Shown piece after piece: positions 50,070-60,730 of a DNA stretch of 64,000 nt. The notes below the pieces were generated by a model. It worked only from the letters and a program-made list of their open reading frames with translations, was not told the origin of the DNA and ran no database searches. Origin of the DNA: Candidatus Poribacteria bacterium. GTDB taxonomy: Bacteria > Poribacteria > WGA-4E > JAJDTR01. Made by a program: the position numbers and the translations under genes. The stretch lies in assembly GCA_965222225.1 (NCBI GenBank), contig CBDCTK010000002.1, forward strand, positions 4,864,001-4,928,000, given 5' to 3'. Positions within the stretch are counted from its first letter, which is position 1. Each line of letters opens with the position of its first letter.

Positions 50070-51980
50070 ATGGGAAAATTCTACATAACGACACCGATTT
50101 ACTATGCCAACGCCGAACCACACGCGGGACATGCGTATACGACGATTGCTGCTGATGTGCTGGCGAGATACCACCGTCTCAAAGGGGACGAGGTATTCTT
50201 CCTGACTGGCGTAGATGAACACGGGGAAAATATCCAAAAAGTTGCCGACCAGAACAAAATCTCGCCACAAGCCTACTGCGATCAGATCGCTCCGACATTT
50301 ACGACGCTTTGGATGAGATTAAATATCTCTTACGACATCTTTCTGCGTACAACGAGCGAGTTGCACAAGAGCGGTGTAACAAGGTTTCTTAACACGCTCT
50401 ACGAAACGGGGGATATATACAAGGGCAAGTATGAAGGATACTACTGTCGTCCGTGTGAGCGTTTTTTCACCGAGAAGGAGCAGGGAGAGGACAAAATTTG
50501 TCCAATCCACAAATTACGCTTGGAGTGGGTAGAGGAAGACAACTATTTCTTTGCACTATCAAAATATCAGAATCGATTGATTAAACACATTCATGAGAAC
50601 CCTGAATTCATCCAACCGGTAGCCCGTTGCAACGAGATACTAAGTGTGCTGGAGTCGGGGTTGGAGGACGTGAGCATCTCGCGAGCATCAGTTTCATGGG
50701 GTATTCCTTTGCCGTTCGATACCGAGCACATCTCTTATGTTTGGATTGAGGCATTGAGTAACTATGTAACCGCACTAGGTTATGCTGGGGACGAGGAGCG
50801 TTTTCGAACATTCTGGCCCGCCGATGTCCACTTGATGGCGAAGGATATCACTCGCTTTCACGCGATCATTTGGCCCGCCATGCTCATGGCAGTCGATCTA
50901 CCTCTCCCGAAACGCGTTGTGGCCCATGGGTGGCTAACAAAAGATGGAGAAGCCTTGAGTAAGACGCGCGGCATCTACATTGATATGAATACCGACATTG
51001 CAACCTATGGGCTAGATGCATTCCGATACTACCTACTGCGTGAATTCAGTTTCGGAAACGATGGAGACTACCGACCAAACCGCCTTCATGCTCGTTACAA
51101 TGCCGACCTTGCAAACGACCTTGGGAATTTGCTAAACCGGACGCTCGGTCTTGTGTCCAAGAATTTTGACGGAATTCCCGAACCGACCGCATCGAACAGC
51201 TTGGACGATGAAGTCATCCAGATGGCAAAGGAAACGGTTTCCAAGGTCGATTCGCTGATGAACCAACTGGCTTTTGATATGGCGTTGGAGGCGATATGGG
51301 AATTTGTTCGACGCGTGAATCGCTACATCCATCAAACGGAGGTCTGGACGCTTGCAAAATCGGAAGAATCAAAAGGACGTATGGGAACCATACTCTATAA
51401 TAGTATGGAAGCTTTACGGATAATCGCGGTGTTGATTTCGCCGTTCATGCCCGCCACGGCGAGCCGTATCTGTCGCCAAATCGGACTTGATGATTCCTCG
51501 GATGTTCAGGGTTTGAATACGATTGCAGCGTGGGGCGGATTGCAATCAGGGGGCGCTATTGGCAAGCCTGAACCGATTTTTCCACGCATAGAGACGAAAA
51601 AGCAGAAGGCACGGGACAAAGCCTCTGCCGCCCAAGCGCCGCCTGCTGAGGAAACCCGCTTGGTCTCGATTGATGAATTTCAGAATCTTGACCTCCGCGT
51701 TGCCACAATAATTGAAGCCGAGAAAATCCCTCAGGCGGACAAACTTCTGAAATTGTGCGTCGATCTTGGTGACGAGAAACGCCAGGTGGTTGCCGGCATT
51801 GCTGAGCACTACGAGCCGGATGAACTGATTGGAAAGCAAGTTGTCTTGGTGGCAAACCTTCAGCCTGCCAAGATACGTGGGATTGAGTCACAGGGAATGG
51901 TATTGGCTGCCGCTAGAGAGAAAGATCTTGTGCTAGGAACGTTTGACAAGCTGGTGGCTCCAGGTACGAGGGTTCGATGA
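50070..51980 (+). CDS. metG: Methionine--tRNA ligase
   Basis: YITTPIYY, HAGH (HIGH), ALSKT (KMSKS), C-terminal tRNA-binding domain. Confidence 0.97.
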   Translation: MGKFYITTPIYYANAEPHAGHAYTTIAADVLARYHRLKGDEVFFLTGVDEHGENIQKVADQNKISPQAYCDQIAPTFTTLWMRLNISYDIFLRTTSELHKSGVTRFLNTLYETGDIYKGKYEGYYCRPCERFFTEKEQGEDKICPIHKLRLEWVEEDNYFFALSKYQNRLIKHIHENPEFIQPVARCNEILSVLESGLEDVSISRASVSWGIPLPFDTEHISYVWIEALSNYVTALGYAGDEERFRTFWPADVHLMAKDITRFHAIIWPAMLMAVDLPLPKRVVAHGWLTKDGEALSKTRGIYIDMNTDIATYGLDAFRYYLLREFSFGNDGDYRPNRLHARYNADLANDLGNLLNRTLGLVSKNFDGIPEPTASNSLDDEVIQMAKETVSKVDSLMNQLAFDMALEAIWEFVRRVNRYIHQTEVWTLAKSEESKGRMGTILYNSMEALRIIAVLISPFMPATASRICRQIGLDDSSDVQGLNTIAAWGGLQSGGAIGKPEPIFPRIETKKQKARDKASAAQAPPAEETRLVSIDEFQNLDLRVATIIEAEKIPQADKLLKLCVDLGDEKRQVVAGIAEHYEPDELIGKQVVLVANLQPAKIRGIESQGMVLAAAREKDLVLGTFDKLVAPGTRVR

Positions 51981-52119
51981 TGTTGTTTCCCGGTTAATTG
52001 GACAAGATCTACGTGAAATTGACAGATGCTCGGTAATTCAATGCCATAGGCAATGCCATTTCCCTATATTTACCGTGGATTAACAGCATCAGCCAAGTCC
52101 TTCCTATACTCGGCAAGCC

Positions 52120-52157
52120 GATCGCTATCGCCCTCGTCATTCACTCGGCTGATTCCC
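52120..52157 (-). repeat. Dispersed repeat, locus 7
   Basis: Reverse complement is gggaatcagccgagtgaatgacgagggcgatagcgatc; further fragments (gttattcactc) to ~52252. Confidence 0.7.
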
Positions 52158-52333
52158 TCTGGGCGCTTTCGTGCGCGTGGGATTGGCATCGCAATTCGCT
52201 GTCGCCCCGCTGGGGCTTCTGATGTGTGACGAATCGGCGTTGTTATTCACTCTGAAAATCTCATTTTAGATTTGATGATGGTCGATCGCCTAGAATCAGG
52301 TGGAATTACCCCGAATGAGCAATTGATGTTGGC

Positions 52334-52362
52334 TTGTGTTTTTCCCATCCTTGTGATATAAT
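52334..52362 (+). promoter_or_regulatory. sigma70 promoter
   Basis: TTGTGT-N17-TATAAT with extended TG. Confidence 0.6.
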
Positions 52363-52397
52363 GCGGCAAACTGAACGCTCAATGAGGTGTAGACAAT

Positions 52398-53033
52398 ATG
52401 GCAAAGATAAACACGCTTGTGTTTTGCGGTGGTGAAATTCATGACTGGAAGGGCTGTGGCGACGAAATAGTCAAATCTCTGTCCCCGCGCGAAGAGTTTC
52501 AGATTACAAGAGTCGATGAAAATCTTGACGCACTAATCTCGCCGAATCTGGACAGTTACGATCTGATTGTCTTTTACTATACGGTAGGTGAAATCACGGA
52601 CGCGCAAAAAAACGGATTACTAAACCATATTGCCTCGGGAAAAGGATACGTCGGCATCCACTCGGCAGCCGATTCATTTCGCGGGTGTCCGGAATATCGT
52701 GCAATGGTTGGTGGACATTTCGTTACGCATCCGCGCTACCGCGACTATCAGGTGAATGTCGTCAACGAGGAGCATCCAATCACCGAAGGAATTGTAGAAT
52801 TCATGGTGAGGGATGAGCAGTACATTGTAGACTACGATCCACGAGTAAATGTCTTAGCATCCGCCCTATGGCAAGGACGCGCGATGCCCGTTGTGTGGAC
52901 AAAAGATTGGGGTAAAGGGCGCGTGTTCTATCTCGCGCTTGGTCATGATGCAGCCGCATGCCGCCATGAGACGTTCGGCACACTTCTACAACGTGGCTCA
53001 TTGTGGGCAGGTGCGCCTAGCGAAGGAGAATAA
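52398..53033 (+). CDS. ThuA-like (trehalose utilization) domain protein
   Basis: G.GYVGIHSA.DSF, GGHFVTHP, DEQY, GKGRVFY.ALGH. Confidence 0.9.
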   Translation: MAKINTLVFCGGEIHDWKGCGDEIVKSLSPREEFQITRVDENLDALISPNLDSYDLIVFYYTVGEITDAQKNGLLNHIASGKGYVGIHSAADSFRGCPEYRAMVGGHFVTHPRYRDYQVNVVNEEHPITEGIVEFMVRDEQYIVDYDPRVNVLASALWQGRAMPVVWTKDWGKGRVFYLALGHDAAACRHETFGTLLQRGSLWAGAPSEGE

Positions 53034-53096
53034 CCACCTCCCGGTTCTTTACTGGGTCGTTAGTAAATCTCCGAGTTCCTGGTCCTGGCTCTTGGG

Positions 53097-53729
53097 ATGA
53101 AAAGGAAGATTACCGACATCCAGTTTGAGGAAGACGATTCCTCAAACTGTACTATTTACATGAATAATGTCCCTTTTGCCACGGTAGAGGTGGGATTCAT
53201 TGCGAAGCTGGGGCTGCGGATTGGTCTGCAGATTGAAGAGATTGTTATCCGGAAACTCATTGCAGCGGACGAGGTGATAAAAGCAAGGGATTATGCGCTT
53301 GGGCTGCTATTGAACGGTACTCACACCAAGGAGCAGATGATTCAGGCGCTGGAAAATGGCGGTTTTTGCGATTATGTAGTCAACGAGACGCTCGAAAACC
53401 TTGAACAACTTGGTCATATAAAGGACGAGAAATACGCAAAAAATTGGGTCAACAATCGTCGGCGTACAAGACCGACGAGCAAGATGGTAATGAGGCGCGA
53501 GTTGACCGGCCAGGGAGTTGACAAATCCACGGTGGAGCGTGTCTTGGCTAAGATTGATGATGCGGACGAAGCGGCCCTAGCACTGCAGTTGGCAAGAAAA
53601 CAGGCAAACCGCTACAAGTCTCTTTCCCCGCATGTCGCTAAACGAAGATTATATGCTTTCCTCATCAGGCGTGGTTTCAACCATGAAACGATTGGGCAAG
53701 TTATGCGGCAGGTCTTAGCAATGGAGTAA
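53097..53729 (+). CDS. recX: Regulatory protein RecX
   Basis: ALGLL, G.IKDEKYA, ELTGQGV, FLIRRGF; directly upstream of alaS. Confidence 0.85.
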   Translation: MKRKITDIQFEEDDSSNCTIYMNNVPFATVEVGFIAKLGLRIGLQIEEIVIRKLIAADEVIKARDYALGLLLNGTHTKEQMIQALENGGFCDYVVNETLENLEQLGHIKDEKYAKNWVNNRRRTRPTSKMVMRRELTGQGVDKSTVERVLAKIDDADEAALALQLARKQANRYKSLSPHVAKRRLYAFLIRRGFNHETIGQVMRQVLAME

Positions 53730-53751
53730 AGCCGCCAGAGGTAAATCAGGA

Positions 53752-56403
53752 ATGACATCAGACGAAATTAGGTCGAGTTTTATTGACTATTTCCGCAGGC
53801 GTGGCCACACAGTGGTTCCTAGCGCACCGCTCATACCGGCGGACGATCCGACGCTTTTGTTCACCAATGCCGGGATGAATCAGTTCAAAGATGTGTTTCT
53901 GGGAATTGGTAACCGCGACTACAAACGGGCAGTGGATACGCAGAAGTGTATGCGCGTGAGCGGCAAACACAATGATCTGGAAGAAGTCGGCTACTCCAAA
54001 TCTCATCACACCTTCTTTGAGATGTTAGGTAACTGGTCATTCGGAGACTACTACAAGCGGGAAGCTATTGCCTTCGCTTGGGAATTGGTAACAGAGATTT
54101 GGAATATGCCTAAAGATAAGCTATGGGCAAGCGTTCATCTTGATGACGATGAGTCGGAAAATCTCTGGTACGAGGAAACGGACCTAAGCGCCGGACATGT
54201 GCGTCGATTTGACGATAAAGATAACTTCTGGCAGATGGCAGATACGGGGCCTTGCGGACCGAATTCGGAGCTTCATATCGATCTTGGCCCGGAAGCTTGT
54301 CCAACTCCGGACAAAGAGCATACGTGTGCGGTAAATGCGTGCGATCGCTACCGTGAATTTTGGAATCTGGTATTCATCCAATATAACCGTGACGAGAGAG
54401 GCACACTCCATCCTTTGCCGGAAACCCATGTCGATACCGGAATGGGATTCGAGCGCGCAGTTGCAATCTTGCAGGGGGTCGATTCGAATTACAAGACTGA
54501 CGTGTATACGCCCCTGATTGATGCCATCGCAAATCTTACAGATCGGGAATACTCTGATGGTGATGGCGGGGTTCCTCACCGCGTTATTGCGGATCACTCC
54601 CGTTGCCTTACATTTGCGATAGGTGATGGAGTTATGCCTTCCAACGAAGGACGCGGCTACGTGATTCGCCGACTTCTGCGCCGCGCGGTATTATACGGAA
54701 AACGGCTGGGAAAAGATCAGCCATTCATCTATCAGATTGTCGATAAAGTTGTGGACTTGCTGGGGAACACGTTCCCGGAAGTGCGACTACGCCAAGATTT
54801 CGTCAAGCGGATTGTTGAAGGCGAAGAGAGGCGATTCCACCAAACGTTGGGCCGCGGGTTGGACCTCCTTGATGCGTCGCTTGAATCTTTGAAATCTTCA
54901 AACCAATCCGTCCTGGCAGGCGATCGGGCTTTTGAGCTGTATGACACGTTCGGGTTTCCACTAGATATGACGCGCATACTCACCAAGGAACGAGGGGTCT
55001 CTGTTGATGCGCAGGGGTTTAAGAAAAGTATGTCCCGACAGCGTGAGCGAAGTCGCGCCAATTGGAAAGCGGCGGGCGGCGCTGATAAAGGGCAAGAAAT
55101 CTACGCCGAAGTCCTCAGCGAATCAGGGAAAACAGAATTCCTCGGATACGAGGAGCACACTGCCGAAGCAGAAATCGTCGCTTTGATACAAGCGAATGAA
55201 CTCGTGTCTGGCGTAACCAAAGGTGGCAATGTCTCGGTTGTTTTGAATCGCACTCCGTTCTATGGTGAATCAGGGGGACAGATTGGAGATGCGGGAACCA
55301 TCGAAGGACGACAAGCGGCACTTGAAGTCGTTACGACCAGTAAACCTGCGCCCGACCTATTTCTGCACGAATGTAAGGTCGTTGAAGGCGAGATTACCGC
55401 TGCATCGACAGTAGAAGCAAAAATCAATGCGGATCGTCGAGGGCATATTGCTGTGAGCCACACTGTGACACATATCCTTCACAGTGCATTGCGCAATACA
55501 CTCGGTGACCATGTTGGACAAGCAGGCTCACTTGTAGAACCGGGCAGGCTGCGTTTTGACTTCACTCACTTTGAAGCGGTTTCACCCAACCTGCTTCATG
55601 ACATTGAAGCGTACATCAATGAAAAAATTCGATTGAATGATTCGCTTGAGATTGATTTCATGCCTTTGCAGCGGGCTAAGGACAGAGGCGCGCTTGCCTT
55701 TTTCGGTGATAAATACGGTGAAATCGTCCGTCTCGTGCAAATTGGCGACTACAGCAAAGAGTTGTGTGGTGGGACTCATGTCAACGCGACAGGTGAGATT
55801 GGTCTGGTAAAGCTCGTCAATGAAAGCAGTATTGCCGCCGGCGTGCGTCGCATTGAGGCGTTAACCGGAGAGAAAGCCTATCAAAATGTCCGTTCTCAAG
55901 ATGATGCGCTTTCACACCTTGCGGATTTACTCAAGACACCGACACACCACTTAACAAAGCGAGTGGAAGCCCTTCTTCAAGAAAATAGGTTGCTTGAAGG
56001 GCAGCTTGAAGTTCTGAAGGGCCAACTGGCAAAATCAAGCATCGCAGACCTAACTCAAGACGCTGCCGTCGTTAATGGATTCAAGGTTGTTGCATCAATC
56101 GTCGAAAATACGGACAGAAACGGACTTCGCCGTCTTGTCGATGAATTGAAGGAGCGAATTGTATCGGGAGTAGTAGTTCTCGCGGCGGTAGACGGGGATG
56201 GAGCAACCTTCGTGGCAGGAGTGACGTCTAATCTTGCAGGAGAAACCGGATTGCATGCGGGGAAAATCATTCAGGAGGTTGTCCGCATCGCTGATGGACG
56301 TGGAGGTGGACGTCCAGATCTCGCTCAGGGCGGATGCAAAGACACACGTGAGGTAAAGAACGCAATTGACGAAGTCGTCAAGATAGTTGCAAACCAAGCG
56401 TAG
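53752..56403 (+). CDS. alaS: Alanine--tRNA ligase
   Basis: LLFTNAGMNQFK, HHTFFEMLGN, DTGMGFER, ELCGGTH, GGGR..LAQGG. Confidence 0.98.
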   Translation: MTSDEIRSSFIDYFRRRGHTVVPSAPLIPADDPTLLFTNAGMNQFKDVFLGIGNRDYKRAVDTQKCMRVSGKHNDLEEVGYSKSHHTFFEMLGNWSFGDYYKREAIAFAWELVTEIWNMPKDKLWASVHLDDDESENLWYEETDLSAGHVRRFDDKDNFWQMADTGPCGPNSELHIDLGPEACPTPDKEHTCAVNACDRYREFWNLVFIQYNRDERGTLHPLPETHVDTGMGFERAVAILQGVDSNYKTDVYTPLIDAIANLTDREYSDGDGGVPHRVIADHSRCLTFAIGDGVMPSNEGRGYVIRRLLRRAVLYGKRLGKDQPFIYQIVDKVVDLLGNTFPEVRLRQDFVKRIVEGEERRFHQTLGRGLDLLDASLESLKSSNQSVLAGDRAFELYDTFGFPLDMTRILTKERGVSVDAQGFKKSMSRQRERSRANWKAAGGADKGQEIYAEVLSESGKTEFLGYEEHTAEAEIVALIQANELVSGVTKGGNVSVVLNRTPFYGESGGQIGDAGTIEGRQAALEVVTTSKPAPDLFLHECKVVEGEITAASTVEAKINADRRGHIAVSHTVTHILHSALRNTLGDHVGQAGSLVEPGRLRFDFTHFEAVSPNLLHDIEAYINEKIRLNDSLEIDFMPLQRAKDRGALAFFGDKYGEIVRLVQIGDYSKELCGGTHVNATGEIGLVKLVNESSIAAGVRRIEALTGEKAYQNVRSQDDALSHLADLLKTPTHHLTKRVEALLQENRLLEGQLEVLKGQLAKSSIADLTQDAAVVNGFKVVASIVENTDRNGLRRLVDELKERIVSGVVVLAAVDGDGATFVAGVTSNLAGETGLHAGKIIQEVVRIADGRGGGRPDLAQGGCKDTREVKNAIDEVVKIVANQA

Positions 56404-56459
56404 GGATTTACCCAATATAGAACAAAGTCAGAGGATTTTAGCTTCGTAGGAGGAAAAAC

Positions 56460-57002
56460 ATGGAATGGTCGATGGTGGCTTCAGTATTTTGGAAAGTGTT
56501 AGTCGGGATCTTGTTACTTGTACTTAGTGTTCTGGCCGGATATTTGTGCTCTGCCTTGGGAAGCATACGCAATTCTCTTGAGAACATCCAAAACACCATG
56601 AAATCGACAGAGGGTTTGATTGATACGGAAGTTACAACCTTGATCAGGGATGTCAATCACATTGTAACAGAGGTCAAAAACGAATTGCCGGAATTACTGG
56701 AAAATATCAATGGAATTGCGGCGTCTGTCCAAGAGATGAGCAAAGCAGAGATCCGACCGACGGCGCGGAACATCCAGCAGATGACGGAAACGATAAATCA
56801 GAATGTTGCGAAGCTGGATGAATTAGTTAATGTCGTTGTGGATTTTTCGCAACAGACAGTTAAGCGTGCTGGATATTATCGCGATCAGTTCTCTGCTCCC
56901 ATCACCGACATCATCAGTGCGTGGGAGGGATTTAAACGAGGATTTGAGATGTTTAGCCGGTTTCGCAAAGCTGGGAAATCGGACTCGGGAAGTAATTCCT
57001 GA
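56460..57002 (+). CDS. DUF948 (YoxC-like) membrane-anchored coiled-coil protein
   Basis: N-terminal TM plus heptad region; precedes a YtxH gene. Confidence 0.7.
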   Translation: MEWSMVASVFWKVLVGILLLVLSVLAGYLCSALGSIRNSLENIQNTMKSTEGLIDTEVTTLIRDVNHIVTEVKNELPELLENINGIAASVQEMSKAEIRPTARNIQQMTETINQNVAKLDELVNVVVDFSQQTVKRAGYYRDQFSAPITDIISAWEGFKRGFEMFSRFRKAGKSDSGSNS

Positions 57003-57245
57003 AACCCACAATGAGGTACGTGTGTGAAATGATTTGCAACGAGCAACGCATGTGGTTGTCTCCGTCCGAGGATTTCACGTTGAAACTGTAGTTGGTGCAA
57101 TCAGTTGTTGGTTTTACAAAAATTCAACGCAGAAATTGCACTTGTTGAAACCATGGACAGGATGAATCAGTTAATAGATATGAACCATGAATGGATCAAT
57201 GAATCTGTGAAGAGATTCATTTAACAATTAGCAAGGAGGAATAAA

Positions 57246-57653
57246 ATGGATAACGAAGGAAGAGACAATGGATTGGGTACCTTCCTTGCCTTTTTTGTGG
57301 GTGCTATAACAGGTGCATGCTTGGGCTTGCTCTTGGCACCTACTTCAGGCCGCGAAACACGAAAGAGAATTCATGATGCGTCTGCGGAAGCCAAAGAACG
57401 CACGGTGGACGTTGCCCACAGAGCAACTGAAACGGCGAGAGAGAGTGTCCACGAATTTGTCGATCTCGGAAAGGAACAGATTCATGATACGGCGCAGAAT
57501 GTAAGAACGGCAGTTGACGCTGGCAAAAAAGCCTTCATGGAAAAGAAGGCGGAGATTGGTAGCGTTCTCTCTCGTGCCGGTGAGGCGGCCGATCAGGATG
57601 GCAATGACGAGACCGTTGTTGTAGACAAAGACAGCGAGCAAAGCGCAAGCTAA
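57246..57653 (+). CDS. YtxH domain protein
   Basis: FFVGAITGA.LGLLLAP.SGRETR. Confidence 0.9.
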   Translation: MDNEGRDNGLGTFLAFFVGAITGACLGLLLAPTSGRETRKRIHDASAEAKERTVDVAHRATETARESVHEFVDLGKEQIHDTAQNVRTAVDAGKKAFMEKKAEIGSVLSRAGEAADQDGNDETVVVDKDSEQSAS

Positions 57654-57679
57654 CTGTAAGGCGGCCTATAGAGATCGCA

Positions 57680-57720
57680 AAGGGCAAAGCAATCATTCCG
57701 TGCTTTGTCCTTATTTTTTT
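57680..57720 (+). terminator. Intrinsic terminator
   Basis: AAGGGCAAAGCA...TGCTTTGTCCTT followed by ATTTTTTT. Confidence 0.75.
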
Positions 57721-57796
57721 CTACCGCAACCTCGAAATATGGGACTCGTGGGAACCGCCTTTCCTAAGTTCTCCTTTACCGGATTTTAATTTCGTT

Positions 57797-58558
57797 ATGA
57801 ATGTCGAAAGGCTCAAGGCACTTCTTGAAGATGTAAAACACGGGGAGATTGAGATTAGTGATGCCTTACAATCTCTGCGCCATCTTCCGTTTGAAGACCT
57901 TGGATTCTCAAAGATAGATCACCACCGACAACTGCGGAAGGGGTTTCCCGAGGTGATTTTTTGTCAAGGCAAGACTACGGCACAGGTGAAAGAGATTGGC
58001 AAACGAATCTTGGATGCCGGGGAACCGCTGCTAGCTACTCGTGCCACACCGGAAATGTACGAAGCGGTAAAAACCGTGCATGCAGCCGCTCGTTTTAACG
58101 AACCTGGTAGGACAATCACCGTTGAACAGTCGCAGAGTCCACTGCGAGAGGGAGTGTTGCTCGTGTCCGCGGGTACGTCAGATATCCCGGTTGCCGAGGA
58201 GGCAGCCGAAACCGCTCAAATCATGGGGAACCGTGTTGAACGTCTTTACGATGTTGGCGTGGCAGGACTACACCGACTCCTTGGTAACCACGAAAAGCTC
58301 TTTGAGGCGAATGTCATAATTGTCGTAGCGGGAATGGAAGGAGCATTGCCAAGCGTAGTCGGAGGATTGGTTGATAAGCCCGTCGTTGCTGTACCGACGA
58401 GTGTTGGCTATGGCGCAAGCTTGGGTGGGATGGCGGCGCTGCTGAGCATGTTAAATACGTGTGCCTCTGGCGTAACGGTCGTAAATATAGACAACGGATT
58501 TGGAGCCGGATACAGTGCATCGCTAATCAATCGGTTATCTGATACTACCGCAGAATAG
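57797..58558 (+). CDS. larB: Nickel pincer cofactor biosynthesis protein LarB
   Basis: DHHR.LRKGFPEV, AGTSD.PVAEEA, DVGVAGLHRL, AGMEGALPSVV, VNIDNGFGA. Confidence 0.95.
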   Translation: MNVERLKALLEDVKHGEIEISDALQSLRHLPFEDLGFSKIDHHRQLRKGFPEVIFCQGKTTAQVKEIGKRILDAGEPLLATRATPEMYEAVKTVHAAARFNEPGRTITVEQSQSPLREGVLLVSAGTSDIPVAEEAAETAQIMGNRVERLYDVGVAGLHRLLGNHEKLFEANVIIVVAGMEGALPSVVGGLVDKPVVAVPTSVGYGASLGGMAALLSMLNTCASGVTVVNIDNGFGAGYSASLINRLSDTTAE

Positions 58559-58599
58559 AACGAGTTACATCCGATTTGATTTGTCTTTGGCTTGTGCCC

Positions 58600-59349
58600 T
58601 CAACCGGCTGTATACCCGCCGTCAATAGGTAAAGCGATTCCGGTAACGAATGCAGACTCATCCGACGCAAGGTACAGCGCCCCGTAAGCAATGTCCAGCG
58701 GTTGTGCAAGTCGTCCCAGCGGGTGCTGATCTGCAAGCGCTTTGTATTTGGCTGGCGTCTCAACGATGTTTCGAATAATCGGCGTATCTGTATAACCCGG
58801 GCAGATACAGTTGACGCGAATGTTAGTTTCGGCGTAATCAAGTGCCATTCCGCGCGTCAGATTGACTATCCCTCCCTTGGATGCAACATAAGCGGCGCGG
58901 TTCGGTCCGCCGACGATGCCATAAATTGAGGCCGTGTTGATAATCGAACCTCCGCCGTTCGCTATCATCGCCGGTATCGCATACTTGGAGCCCAAGTATG
59001 CCCCCTTCAAGTTGATATCAATGCAGCGATCCCAGTCATCCTCCGGTAAGTCGGCAACAGCCAAACGCATCGCAATTCCCGCGTTATTGAAAAGCACGTC
59101 CAGTTTGCCGTAGTTACTGATTGTTGCGCTCACCATACCCTGAATATCGCTAGCAGAGGTCACGTCCGTGTGGACATATATGGCGTCACCGCCTGCGGCA
59201 CGAATCTGTTCAACCGTATCATTGCCCGCACTATCCGCCACGTCCGCTACGGTAACCCTTGCGCCCTCTTTGGCGAATGTAAGCGCGGTTGCCTCTCCAA
59301 TTCCTGACCCAGCACCGGTGACAATTGCAACTTTACTTTTAAGTCTCAT
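58600..59349 (-). CDS. SDR family oxidoreductase
   Basis: TGAGSGIG, NNAG, YVASKG. Confidence 0.95.
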   Translation of the reverse strand: MRLKSKVAIVTGAGSGIGEATALTFAKEGARVTVADVADSAGNDTVEQIRAAGGDAIYVHTDVTSASDIQGMVSATISNYGKLDVLFNNAGIAMRLAVADLPEDDWDRCIDINLKGAYLGSKYAIPAMIANGGGSIINTASIYGIVGGPNRAAYVASKGGIVNLTRGMALDYAETNIRVNCICPGYTDTPIIRNIVETPAKYKALADQHPLGRLAQPLDIAYGALYLASDESAFVTGIALPIDGGYTAG

Positions 59350-59458
59350 AGATTCTGTGTGCGCCGATGACCTTCAGATTTTAATGAGGGTTTTCGCTAC
59401 GCCTCCGTTGTCTGTTTAGCTGGAATTTGTGCGCATTGCTTTATAGCTATAAGGAAAA

Positions 59459-60232
59459 TCACTCTTCAGCAACTACCGGATTTCTCAAGGTTCCTATCCC
59501 CTCCACCTCGATTTCGACAACATCGCCGGGGACGAAGGGGCCAACTCCGGATGGTGTGCCGGTCATAATCACGTCGCCGGGGAGCATCGTGAAGGCGGCG
59601 CTGATATACGAAATCAGCTCGGCGACAGAAAAAATGAGATCGGATGTACGTTCGTTCTGTTTCACTTGACCGTTTAATCGAGCTTGCACCTGAAGATTCC
59701 CCGGATCCAAATCGGTTGTTATGCAAGGCCCAAGCGGGCAAAATGTATCAAATCCTTTACCGATAAGCATGGCACCCATTTCCATTTCGGCAAACTGAAT
59801 TGTCCGCTCGCTGACATCGTTTCCGCACGTATAGCCCAGCACATAGTCAAGTGCTTTTGCTTCCGACACACGTCGTGCGGGCGATCCAATGACCACAGCT
59901 AGTTCAGCCTCATAATGTACATTTTTTCCTTGACGCGGGTAGATGATTGTCTCGTCTGGACCGATGGCAGTAGTGGAAGGCTTCATAAACAGCATAGGCT
60001 TGGTAGGGAGCTCCTTGCCAACCTCGCGAGCATGTTCTGCATAGTTTAGACCTACGCCGATAATCCTCGGCGCTTCCACCGGCGCTAGTAACTGCACATT
60101 TCTCAGATGAGTGAAAGTGCCGCTTGGATTAAGAGCCTCGAACGGCGAACCGACTAATTCACGGATGGTGCCATCTTCTTCCATGATGCCGAAGTTGATG
60201 ATTCCGTCAGCGCGATAGCGCACAATTTTCAT
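59459..60232 (-). CDS. Fumarylacetoacetate hydrolase family protein
   Basis: GLNY..H, HYEAEL, NDVSER, KGFDTFCPLGP, GDVIMTGTP. Confidence 0.95.
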   Translation of the reverse strand: MKIVRYRADGIINFGIMEEDGTIRELVGSPFEALNPSGTFTHLRNVQLLAPVEAPRIIGVGLNYAEHAREVGKELPTKPMLFMKPSTTAIGPDETIIYPRQGKNVHYEAELAVVIGSPARRVSEAKALDYVLGYTCGNDVSERTIQFAEMEMGAMLIGKGFDTFCPLGPCITTDLDPGNLQVQARLNGQVKQNERTSDLIFSVAELISYISAAFTMLPGDVIMTGTPSGVGPFVPGDVVEIEVEGIGTLRNPVVAEE

Positions 60233-60457
60233 GTCCGTATCTCCTTACGTGACACGCGCGTTTATCGCGAGTGCACTGTAAATAAACTTCGATGATCTCG
60301 CTCGCAGTGGAGTCACAAATTCGCGGCGCACCAAGAAAATTTATTCGAATTTGGAGATTAAAACTGAGGCGGCATTCCTTGATGCGATTGAAATGGTTCT
60401 CGATCCGTTATAATTCTTAGGACATACACAGTAACAGGAGCATACTACAATAGGCGT

Positions 60458-60720
60458 GGATCAACCGAGTGAATAACCAGGGATCAAGAGTATGGATAAT
60501 CACCGATCAACTGACTGGTTAAGGAAGGCGATAGTAAATCTTGATAGAGTTCCCATAGGGAACGCGATAGAGATTTTAGTGCGATAGAAATCTCCTTGCC
60601 CCGCCGACTTTGCGTGGAGATAAGGCTTCTTACTCCGCTCCATGTACGTTTCTTCACTTGATCCGCGTAATCAATGCACTAGTGTTTTAGATAGATGGTA
60701 TAAAAAAACATTGTATCGGG
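60458..60720 (+). repeat. Dispersed repeat, locus 8 (cluster), plus the tail shared with 39341-39460
   Basis: ggatcaaccgagtgaataac, gatcaactgactggttaaggaaggcgatagtaaatc, gtgcgatagaaatctcc; then gtttcttcacttgatccgcgtaatcaatgcact...atggtataaaaa. Confidence 0.85.
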
Positions 60721-60730
60721 ATTTCGACTC

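Noticed and set aside
57160-57225. Repeated ATGAA motifs upstream of the YtxH gene
   Set aside because: Irregular spacing in AT-rich DNA; not distinguishable from chance.
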